A stretch of 64,000 bases of DNA from Adineta vaga (lineage: Eukaryota; Animalia; Rotifera). Under the pieces are notes generated by a model. That model had not been told where the DNA came from and ran no database searches. It saw only the letters and a list, made by a program, of their open reading frames with translations. Each line of letters opens with the position of its first letter. The stretch's first letter is position 1. Both the position numbers and the translations under genes were made by a program. The stretch is from positions 13,330,001 through 13,394,000 of the forward strand of contig CP075492.1 of NCBI GenBank assembly GCA_021613535.1. The letters are read 5' to 3'. Below, in pieces: positions 24,698 to 35,978 of the stretch.

Positions 24698-25504
24698 TTA
24701 TGCATTATGTGTTAAGATTTGTAGAACATCTATTTCAATTGGATTCTTGTTGTCATCAACCTTTCGAACTTCGAATAAACAACCAGGTAATAGTAAGACT
24801 TCTTGTTCTTGCGAACATTGAGATTCATGTTCAACATCAAGTGCAAATCGTGAATCAAGAATATTGTAAATCATAATCACATTCACATCCATTTCTGTTG
24901 ATGTCATACATGTATATTGTAGAGCCACTTTCTGTGATTTTGATGTTGATTGAAATGTTTTATTTGTAAAAACATCTCTAATCTTATATTTTGTTAGTAA
25001 ATCTTCCATAGAAATGTTCATTCCTCGAAAAACTGTTCCACAATATCGATAGGAATCTAATAACGGATTTTGCATCAATAAACCTGTATAATAACCACTC
25101 CATTTATGGGAAAGTTTTTCGAATACATGTTTCGCATCACCAGTAACCATATAATAATTTATGATTTTATAGAAAGAAGAGTTTAGTATACAGGATAACA
25201 AATAAACTGGATTATTTTCTTTTCGGGCTGATTCTAAATACGATCTTAATAGATAGGAATCATTCGATTCATCGTGTGGTATAATATTAGCACTTTCGAT
25301 TTTTTCCACTGTTTTCATGACTCCACGATCTTTGACACAACCATGTTCAATTGCGCGAGCATAAGCGGTAGCATGATGATCGCTAAAAATCCAATGAAGG
25401 TTTTTTTGTTGATCTGCAATTAAACAATCACGAAAATCTGGCGAATAACGTTGAATTGGATCTGCTGGAGGAAGTAGATGCTGAGCTTCAGTTCGATCCA
25501 TCAT
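24698..25504 (-). CDS. NAD:arginine-type (R-S-E class, exoenzyme-like) mono-ADP-ribosyltransferase; probable 5'UTR intron 25506..25561
   Basis: VFRGM (R), FQSTSKS (STS) and QEQEVLLLPG (ExE) motifs. The GTG called by the ORF track is more likely a GT donor whose AG lies just before CATGATG. Confidence 0.8.
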   Translation of the reverse strand: MMDRTEAQHLLPPADPIQRYSPDFRDCLIADQQKNLHWIFSDHHATAYARAIEHGCVKDRGVMKTVEKIESANIIPHDESNDSYLLRSYLESARKENNPVYLLSCILNSSFYKIINYYMVTGDAKHVFEKLSHKWSGYYTGLLMQNPLLDSYRYCGTVFRGMNISMEDLLTKYKIRDVFTNKTFQSTSKSQKVALQYTCMTSTEMDVNVIMIYNILDSRFALDVEHESQCSQEQEVLLLPGCLFEVRKVDDNKNPIEIDVLQILTHNA

Positions 25505-26112
25505 GCTCGAATCGTTATGATTTATTGAATGTTTTCGAAGTATACAAAATTTGTTATTCACCTGTGTAAATTTTTGAAGTAATTCCTTTTTCTTTTCGGT
25601 GAATCAACTCGTGTTCGAATACATTCTATTTAAAGACTGATTTCTGTGTAGGTGTACGTTTATTTTGGACAAGTGTAGTATGTGAATCGATGTGGCATTT
25701 ATCGAAAACATATAGTGAATAAATACTTTAGAAATCAGGCACAGAAAAGAATGATTTTGGGTTACATTCAGACAAAACATTTAGCGTCATCTATAAAATG
25801 TTATTTTAATGTATTATCAAATTATTATTCTCACGTTGATTTTATGAAACGAGAGAATTAAGTGAATCAATAATAACTTAATTAGAAATATAATGATGAC
25901 ATATAGATACAATATCATTAGTGGTTATTAATATTACCAATCATTATTTGAGAAAACATCGGTAATCTATACTTTCTATGTCATTGACAGAAAGGGTTTT
26001 TTTTTGTTGTCTTTTTGATTGATATGGAAGAATAATTCAACTAAAATTATCCGTTCAAAAGAAGTAAATTTCAATGTCTTCAGTTATCAAATATAATTCA
26101 TATAAATTTCAG

Positions 26113-28385
26113 ATGTCGTCTGTACTTATAAATTACGTCATTCTTTTCTGCATGGTGTTCATTGTTAAAGGTGCTGAAAAGAAATATACTGAAACTGATA
26201 GTGTAAGTTTATTCTCGTGAAAACAGCTGGAAGATAATTCTTCATTCTTTTCTAGGTAACAGTTTATGTGAATAAAGTTGGTCCATATGCAAATCCTCAA
26301 GAGACCTATCATTATTATTCTCTTCCAGTTTGTCGTCCAGTTAAAGTGAGAAATTGATTCTGAAATCAGAAAAATAAATAATAAAATTATGGTTTGTTTG
26401 AATAGATTGTTTCAAAAGATCTGACTCTTGGTGAAGTACTTTCAGGCGATCGAATGGCTCAATCATTATATGAAATTAAATTCAATGGTTTTGAAATCGA
26501 TTCAAAATACATTTCCCATGTTTTACTTTCTTTTAGAGGAAATTGCTAACAAACAATTATGTTCTTTAACATTGAATATAGAAGAATTAAATGCGATACG
26601 ATTAGCAATTGAAGAACATTATTATTTCGAATTTGTTGTTGATGATATACCAATTCGTGGATTCGTTGGTGAAGTGGAAGAAACAAATTTATTTCCACAT
26701 AAACATCATATTTTAGTTTATACACATCATCATTTCGATTTTCATATTAATAATAATCAAGTAAGAAAAGAAAAAAAACAATCGTTTGAAAAGAATCAGA
26801 AAATCATTCGATTAATTTAGATTATTTATGTCAATATTAGTACCAAAGATCATCCACCTGTATCTCTAGATGATGAATCATTAACATCTATTAAACTTGA
26901 ATATACTTATTCAGCTAAATGGCATAAAACTGAGTAAGAATGAATTGTTTGTTTAGATCGAAAACTAAAAATAAATTTAATTTCTATTTAAGAACATCAT
27001 ATAAAGATCGAGCGAAATACATTGCTAATACGGGATTTTTTCCTAAGACTTTAGAGGTATGTTTGAATAATATGTCAAGATATTTCATTAAATATATGTA
27101 TGATTTAGGTACATTGGTTATCAGTGATTAATTCCATGGTTCTCGTCTTTCTTCTGATTGGTTTTGTTGTTATTATTCTTGTAAGTTTTTCATCTTTTGT
27201 GAAAGAAAAGTTGATTTTTTTTCTTATTTGTCTAGTCTCGTATCTTAAAAAATGATCTCAATCGAATTGGTGATGATGAGGATGATGGATCTGTTGAAGA
27301 AGAAAATGGCTGGAAAATCATTCATACTGATGTTTTTCGTTTCCCTCATCATCGGGAATTATTCAGTTCAATTATTGGTGTTGGTTGTCAATTTCTATCG
27401 ATTTTCTCGGGAATTCTTCTCTTTGCCTTCTGTGGAATGTTTACAGTTCACCGTCATGGTTCTTTAATGGCATCAGGAGTGATTTTATATGCATTTACAT
27501 CATGTGTTGCTGGTTTTATGAGTGGAAGAATATATCGACAATTACAAGGTGAACATTGGACATGGAATATCATATTAACAGCCAATCTATTTACCATTCC
27601 ATTTTTTGTTATTTGGTGTGTGATCAATACATTTGCCTGGGCACATGGAACAACTCAAGCATTACCATATACAACTGTTCTTATTCTTGTTTTCATGTGG
27701 TTATTTGGTAGGAAGAAAAAAAATGTTCATTTCAAAAGAATCGAAAATTAATTTTTCTTCTTTTTTCTAGTTGGATTTCCATTGACCGTTATAGGAGGAA
27801 TATTCGGAAAGAATTGTTCATCCAATTTTGATGCTCCATGTCGAACAAAAAATATTGCTCGTGAAATACCGGATGTTACTTGGTATCGATCAAATTTTGC
27901 ACGAATGTTAGTTGGTGGTTTTCTCCCATTTTCAGCCATTAGTGTCGAACTTTATTACATATTTTCAACATTTTGGGGACGAGAACAATATATGCTCTAT
28001 GGAATCTTGACAATTGTTTTCTTAATACTTTTGTCTGTGACAGCATGTATTTCTATTGCATTAACTTACTTTCAATTAGCATCCGAAGATTATCGATGGT
28101 GGTGGCAATCAATCATTAGTTCAGGGTAAGTTTAGTTAGAATTCATTTAATGAAGAAAAAAAAGAAAGACATTTAAATTTTAGTTCAACGGGTATATTCG
28201 TATTCTTCTATGCAGTATTCTTCTATTTATATCGATCAAAAATGACTGGTACATTACAAACGTTACAATTCTTTGGTTATACATTAATTGGTTGTTATGT
28301 CTTTTTCCTAATGCTTGGTACAGTCGGATTTTTCTCATCACTCCGATTTATTCGATATATTTATATTAATATTAAAATGGATTGA
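26113..28385 (+). CDS. TM9SF1: Transmembrane 9 superfamily member 1 (multi-exon)
   Basis: [73 protein letters not shown]-terminal IYINIKMD*. Confidence 0.93.
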
Positions 28386-28630
28386 TTGTCTACGAGATAT
28401 CTACATAAATGAACAATTTGTCTTTCTCTTAAATATTTTCAAAGACTGAAATAATAAAGAAATAGTGATCATTTTTTTTGGTTCTCAATTTAACATTCGA
28501 ATAAATTTAAAATAAGAAACGAATTAATTGTTATATAAAAGTTTTAATTCAAAAGATCGAAAACGGGTAGTTTTTATATTTATCATACGATTAGTTAAGA
28601 GTAATTCAAAATTTGAATGCTTTTACCTTC

Positions 28631-28701
28631 GCCGCGGTAGTATAATGGTAGTACACCCGGTTGTGGTCCGGATAACGCTGGTTCGATTCCTGCCCGTGGC
28701 A
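28631..28701 (+). tRNA. tRNA-His (anticodon GTG)
   Basis: Acceptor stem GCCGCGG/CCGTGGC, D arm GTAT/GTAC, anticodon loop TTGTGGT, T loop TTCGATT, oligo-T terminator at about 28708. Single mismatches in the anticodon and T stems. Confidence 0.88.
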
Positions 28702-31645
28702 TATGAATTTTTTGTTTCCTCAGTGTTTTTGCACAGAATACATAAATGGTAGTCTTCCTCTTTCTCTTGTTACTACAAGAATACAATGACATCTATCCAA
28801 TAGAATATCTAAGATATAGCGATATTTCTTTGAAAAATATGCGCTTATTGATATACATCGATTAAATGTCGATCGAATTAATTTAGTATCAGAGTGAAAA
28901 AGAGACAACATTTCAGTTGTATCATCACAAGCACACAGTTTTATTTGACTTTTTGACTAACATATAGACAACTGACACATCAGTGCATCCGTTAAAGACC
29001 ATTGAATCTAATAATTATGTTAAAATGAACAATTTCATCATTACTTCTACGAAAAGAAACAATCACTTTTCAAAAGAAACATGTAAACAATAATATTATG
29101 AATATTTATTTTGTTCAAGGTCTCGCTAACTATATTAGCTAATGAATAATCGTTGTCAAAGGACCTTATCTCATCAATACTTGAAAAAACTTTAGAATAG
29201 TTTAGTTATGTATAATAAATGAAACGATGTTGTTATTGAAGTGATGAATTTGTTATAAATGAGAAATAGGTTATGTAGTATAACGGTAAATGTATATATG
29301 TTTGTCTTCTTCTTTCTCTTTCCTACTTTATCTCAAAGAAAGGAGATAATTCTAGGTATTTTATTGAGAAACTAGATTCGGAAGGATCAAATACACAGAG
29401 TTGTTTCCTTATCTACTCTATGAATAATACGTTGTTGTCCTTTCATGAATATTTCGCATACATTTATAGACAATATTTTCTTTCAATATTGAAAAGAATT
29501 TATTATTACATATTCTTAAACATCGTTGCTATTAACCTTTTCTTTTTTCAGAACGATTTTGATTTTGTTTCATGATAATTGACGCTGAATAGAATTTCAT
29601 TAATTCATCATCTGAGTCAATTCTATAAGGATAAAAGTACTACATATATCCTTCATTTTGCATAACCACAGCAGTATTAGTTCAGATTGATAGTTTAGAA
29701 GGAAGAGTTTTTTTTAAAAGATCAACATGTATTTAATCATCCTATGTTTTCAAGTTACAAAATATTTCATTATCAATAACTAAAACATTTACATAGACAA
29801 ATTGAATGTTTTCAGTGATACTTTCAATATGTGGAACGATAACCTAATTGTAATAACTATTATTGACTGAGAAAGCAAGTTTCGTCTAATGTAATCATCC
29901 CACATATGCAGCCGCTGTGTCTAATATATTATATATGATTTTGTTGAATCAAATATGCAAACTAAATACATTTTACTAATGAATTTTGATTTACTATACA
30001 AATTTCAAGAAGATATACGCATAAATGTTTTCTTCCCATTCGAATGATATGAATTGTGCAATACCAAAGAACTCAATGTTTTGTAAAAAAAAGAACAACA
30101 ACAATCTTAATTTTCTTATACCACAATTCCTGAATTAAAATAATTGAATATTCTGATTGACTAGTTCTGACTTTTTCATAACATGGCTTGAAATTTACTA
30201 ATCTTTTTATTATTTTGTGCGGCTAAAAAGATACAAAGCATTTTGAATGATCTAATTTAAAATCAATGAATATGTGACAGACAAATTAATCAAGGAAATG
30301 TGTGGTAAAAAAAACAATAGAATCGTGTTTAATATTTGCACAAAGTGAATTATAACAGTTCCGTTCTAATTATATAACGAATCATTATTATTATTATTAA
30401 ATATCAATTATGTTTCATATAACAATCTTTTTTTTTCGGTCAACATTTGGTACATCCTGTGTAACAATCATCGACAGTATGTTTGTCTCGTTTTTGAATA
30501 GTTAAACAAAAAAGTCTTCACTCATTTGATTACACTCGTACATAGATTCATTCTTTTCTTTTCTTTTCCTATCGGATGTTATAGCAACATGCGTGAAAGT
30601 CGTACTTTTATCTCTAATAGTAATATAAGACTTGCGTCTACAACGAAGAATAATAAATGATGAGATATGAACGTAACTATTCATAGAAGAAATTAATCTT
30701 AATCAAAAATAGCATATTTGAAAATAGAACGGAAATATGTGTTGAATTTTGTCAAGATAATATTGTATAGATATACTCAAAAATACGACAGGAATGAAAC
30801 AGTCATACTAAACATTTTATTTTCACGCCTTTTTGCAATATGTTGAAAGCAAACTCCCTATTCCATATTGAACTAAAACACTCCATACATCCGGATTCGA
30901 TACGAACAGATGGGAGCGTATATAAAAGCGGTCTGATCGTTGCTAGTCATATCACAAATGAATACAATGAAATATTTCTCTTCATACTTCAACGTCATGT
31001 TTCGAGAATGTCGACTGTTCTTGTTTTGTTTATGAAATATTTTCTATTCTAGATTTATTCAATAAATAAAAGATCGAAAAGCACATAAATCCATTTCAAT
31101 AAAATTAACATTATTTTAATTAAGTAAGTTTGCCCTGAGAACTAATAAACGATAAGTAAAAGAAGAAGCATCATAATCTTCCAAGATTTCATTACAAATG
31201 ACATTTTTACAGAATGATTAGACTTATGACGCAGGTGTACTATTGTAGGAAAGAAGAACATCAATTTTAATTGCATTCTTTTTCTTTCTTAAAGAGAACA
31301 AGTCTTAAAGAGTAAAAATTTGTCTTCGGCGAAAACTTAAAAATTTTTACTTCGAAAATTAAAAGAAAACTCTATTTTAAATCTGAAAGAAAGAATAAGA
31401 TCATTCATGTATGTATTTATTTTGTAGTATTCTTATTAGTAATTTTTAGTTAAATTGAAGATGTCAGATGTGTTTTGCATCGTGTTCGACGTCATTGTTG
31501 TAGAGAATATTCTCTATTCTATCTCATCAATGATAGTCATTTACAACTTTGTTTTCTTTTCACCTAATAAGGATTTAATATCTTTAGCTTTTCTTTTCTT
31601 TTTCATCTAGAATATTGATAATAAATCATCAATAGACCGATCCAA

Positions 31646-32014
31646 ATGTATATCCACATTGTTATATTTATTTTCTTAACTTTATCAATCCAAAACGTTT
31701 CGAGTACAACAGTTATATCCGCTTCAAATGAAACATGTTATTTTGAGCATAATGGTGAAAAATTACAAGAAGGTGATATTGTTGATATTAAAGGTAAATT
31801 ATATAAATTCGAAGATTGCGAATTACATCGTGCGTATCACGTATGTGGAACCCATATTATTACCATAATTAACATTGTTTGTCAAGCTTTATATAAAGAA
31901 AAATCGTTTTCAACTGGTAAACGTTATTCTCGATTTGTTCGACAAAAACTACTAACCGAAGCTTGTTGTCAAAGTTTTTGTACTGTTTCAGAAATGTCCC
32001 GTTATTGTCCATGA
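31646..32014 (+). CDS. Insulin/relaxin-like peptide precursor with an extra N-terminal Cys-containing domain
   Basis: Signal peptide; B chain VCGTHIITIINIVC; basic sites KR and RFVR; A chain LLTEACCQSFCTVSEMSRYCP (CC-x3-C-x8-C). Confidence 0.88.
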   Translation: MYIHIVIFIFLTLSIQNVSSTTVISASNETCYFEHNGEKLQEGDIVDIKGKLYKFEDCELHRAYHVCGTHIITIINIVCQALYKEKSFSTGKRYSRFVRQKLLTEACCQSFCTVSEMSRYCP

Positions 32015-34447
32015 ATGAAATGAAACGAAGTAAACGAAATAAATAGAAGCTTTAATAATAATGTTATTCGTTTGGATTGATTTTGAAATATTTATTCAAT
32101 AAAAGTACTCTCTTTTCTCTTGTTCAATTTTTCTTCTATCGAATCGTTCTATGAGATAAGTTTTCTTTTCTTTCGTTATTCTTTTTTTATTATAAATATT
32201 CAACACGTGCTACTCTGACTCATGATTGTAGTAGTATGAAAGTTGTAAAAATATGTAAGAAAAAGAAAGATTAGAAAATTCCAATATCATTCTGTATTGT
32301 TTTTAAATTTTTCACATAAGTATAATTTGAAGTTATTGTAGGTCATTAGAAAGACATATAAGAACATTAACTTTCGTTTGTTTATACATTTTTAAATCTA
32401 TGTTATATAATTGGATCATCATGCATATTTTTATGTTTGAAACTAACTTTTAAAGCTGATTGCTTAACAGATCTTTAAAGCCTTTTATTTCTATTTTTGC
32501 AGATAGATAAATAATAATATGTTAAATACTATCGACATGACATACTTTCGAGAAGGAAAAAAACAACTTTCTCTCTGTGAATTTATCTAATAATATCGAA
32601 CAATTAACTGCATCATTCTATATAATATCTGTTTTGATAAGACTTTATTCCATCAATCATTCTGTTTTCAAGATGGGAAAAGTAACGTATCAGACATTAG
32701 ATAGACGATAATGCACGTGTATTCTCATTAGGAAGGTTATCATAACAAGTGAGACCTCAAAACAATATTGACTAAAGATACGATTTCAGAAGGACAAGTT
32801 CGATCAAAAATGCCATATTCACATGGAAAGAAAGAATATTTCATCAACAAATTGATATGTTCATATTCACCTGTAATTATAAAAATAAAGATTGTTTTGC
32901 TAATCAAATATTCGATGTCATGACTGAATAGAAGGGAAAAGTGCACTGAAATTTTTGTTCAAATATTTTCTTTTACTTCCTATACGTTTAGTTCTACATT
33001 GATATACAAAGTAAAGAAAATATTAGGTTATATAATTAAATTTTGAAGCAAAAAAAATATATGGAGAGAGAGAGAGAGAAGCAATTGTATATGATGAATC
33101 GAAAGAAACTTTTCAATAGAAGAATAGTGATTGTTGAAAAGAAAATCAAAGAAAGAACAACATTTTTCAATTACCTTTCACACTTGACTATTAATCAAAT
33201 TTTTACTTTTTATTTATTGATCACTTAAATTTCTCGTCGTACAACAGTACTTCATTAAAAACAAATATCTAAACAATTCTATCGAAGAACATCCGTATTT
33301 CAATGTAAATAACAAGAAAATTTTCTTCTGATTAGCATTTGTCAAAATGAAGTAAATAAACTTGTTCGATGAACTACTATGTAAATGATAAAAGGTAAGA
33401 CTTCCTTCCGTATGTGAAATGAATTCCATTGGGATTAGATTTATTTGAGCATTAAAGAGATATGCTAACCTATTTATTTATCTTGATGTATATGGAATAT
33501 TCATTTCGTCTTTTCTTAATACGAACAATTAAATCAAGAGGAGAAATTGAATGCTGAGAAAAAAAAAGAAATTCTTCTCTTCTAATCAATTGTATAAATA
33601 AATCGAGTACCAAAACACATTGTCGTGATTTGTCATTGTCTTCTCTTTTGAAAACACATACATATCATGATGAGTTGCTTTTATCATCTCAACCTATCAT
33701 CAACTCTCATTTTGATTTATTTATCTTAAAAGTAATTCTTTGTTCTTTTTATCAATAGAAACAAAAAAGAAGAAGAAAACTTTTCGATGTGTATATGTAT
33801 GTATGTGTGTGTTTATTTAAGAAATCTATTTCCGTGAATGTGAAGTGTTTATTAGAAAGAAGATTTCATTCTTCTATTGAAAAAAAATCATGATGATTGG
33901 CATATGTTAAAGACAGCATGATATAGGTTCAAATAGATAAAAATCAATTTGAAGATTTGATGATGCAATTGCTATGATAAGTTAATCCAGAGAATTGTAA
34001 TATGAGATGATCTTGTTTTACGAACAGATGTTTATACAGAAGCTCATTGAAAAGTGTTGAAGAATAAGATATATGTATCATTTGTTGATGAGGAACACAA
34101 TATGCTCGTTAAAGGTCTCTCCATATCAATGATTTGTTCGATGACTATGACAAGAAATGACCGTTCTAACGTCCGGATAAAGAACATTTTAAATCAATAT
34201 CATTCATGATTATTATTATTCTTTATTAGATAGTTCATATATCAGAATCGAAAAGGAAAAAAGAGTACTTTTCTTTGACAAGTCACGCTAATCATTCTTA
34301 AATTTCTCTCGTATAATAATTAGCAATTTTCACGCCTTTTTGATAGTGACTCTTCTTTCAAATAAATTTACAGTGAAATATGCAAATGAAACATTTAATT
34401 TTCAATGCCTTAAGCATTCTATATCTTCTTCATCAGTTTGATCATCT

Positions 34448-34722
34448 AGAGAAAGAGAGAGAGAGAGAGAAAACGAACCTATACGATTTGCTGAAAACAT
34501 GTAGTTTTGCTTGACTTGAATAAGTATAGATGATCCTTCTGTTCAAGTGAATAAATGAAAGATTATTTTGTTTTTATTTCTATTAAACAAACAAACAAAC
34601 AACCAAACAGAAAGAAAGAAAGAAGAGGAAAAATGTTGATACGCGTTTATATTTGTTTGATGATATAGCGTTTTTTTCTATGTATATATTTATGTATAGA
34701 TATATATATATGTATATATATT
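34448..34722. repeat. Cluster of short microsatellites (GA, CAAA, GAAA, AT) in the Irx 3' region
   Basis: Directly visible simple repeats. Confidence 0.7.
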
Positions 34723-34807
34723 TCACTGTTTAACTTTATTTTTTTTTCGATGTATATTTTTGTTGAAGTCTGGAATGAGCATATCTGACAACGATGATTA
34801 GATCTCT

Positions 34808-35978
34808 TCATTTGAAAGGTTTAAATGCACCAATAGTTGATGTTGTTTGACTTGTCGTATTTTGTCTTTCTAAGAAAGAAGAAGAAAAAAGAGGGAATAA
34901 AGAAAATAACGACTTATTTGTATAAAGATTAAAGAGTTACTGACGTGATCAATTGGATATATTACACTTGACTGAGAGATGAATAGAAAAGCTTTAACAA
35001 ATAAAAGAAAACAAACCTTGAAGAGATATCGAAGATGATCGAGGTGGATTTTTTTCCGCCATATCAGCAAGTGACCAGATTCCTGATGATTTCTTTCTTT
35101 CGACTGGTTCAATTTCATCTAATTTTCGTTTACGAGATGGTGGTGACTCTTCTACAAAAGACAAGAAAGACAAACAATTCTAATTGATATGTTTTGTTTC
35201 ATTGTTATTAATTAAATAAACCTGTTGTTGATGTGGTATTCGATGAAGTATTCATCGTTTGTTGATGTTGAAGAACAATAAGTGGAGCTGATGAATAATG
35301 ATTTTGTGTTGTTATTCGTGCTGGTGGGGAACTACATTCATCATCACTAACATCACTGTTGGAACCCGCACCTTGTCGATCATCATCATCATCATCATTG
35401 GTTCGATTTCGTGGTGACCAAGTCATTTTATTCTCTTTTTTTAAACGTCGTCGTGCATTAGCAAACCAAGTTGATACTTGTGTTAATGTCATTTTTGTCA
35501 TAATAGCAAGATAAACTTTTTCGGATTTAGTTGGATAAGGATTTTTTCGATGTTCATATAGCCATGCTTTTAATGTTGCAGTTGTTTCTCGTGTTGCATT
35601 CTTTCGTCGACCAGCAAGATCCATATGAGGAGAATATCTAGAAAAAAATAGAAAAGTTACAAAACGAAAAGATTTTAAGTTTGATGAGCATTACGATGGT
35701 CCATATGGTGAATAACCAATCAATGCAACAGCTGCTGCTGGATCATAGACATATGGATTGTGATGACGCCATGGATTTACATTCATCAAAGAATTGATAT
35801 TTACATTTGATTCCTTGAAAAGAAAAACAGACGTAAAGAATTCGAACAAAATTGAAAGTTATTGATTTACTTTAATAGTATCGGATGGATTGAGACCGGC
35901 TAACCTAAAAGTCAATGAGAAAAAAAAATCATGTTTATAAATGTCAAATGTTTGTATGATGATCCAAGAAACTTACAT
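34808..35978 (-). CDS. Irx: Iroquois (TALE-class) homeodomain protein, 6 exons
   Basis: [28 protein letters not shown]...[24 protein letters not shown], acidic stretch, IRO box [10 protein letters not shown]-terminal AFKPFK*. Confidence 0.93.

Noticed and set aside
26064-26115. AG|ATG at the TM9SF1 start (and likewise at RhoGAP 46221) as trans-splice evidence
   Set aside because: Plausible cis donors exist at normal intron distance (GTAAAT at 26064; GTGAGA at 46132), so these are probably 5'UTR introns.
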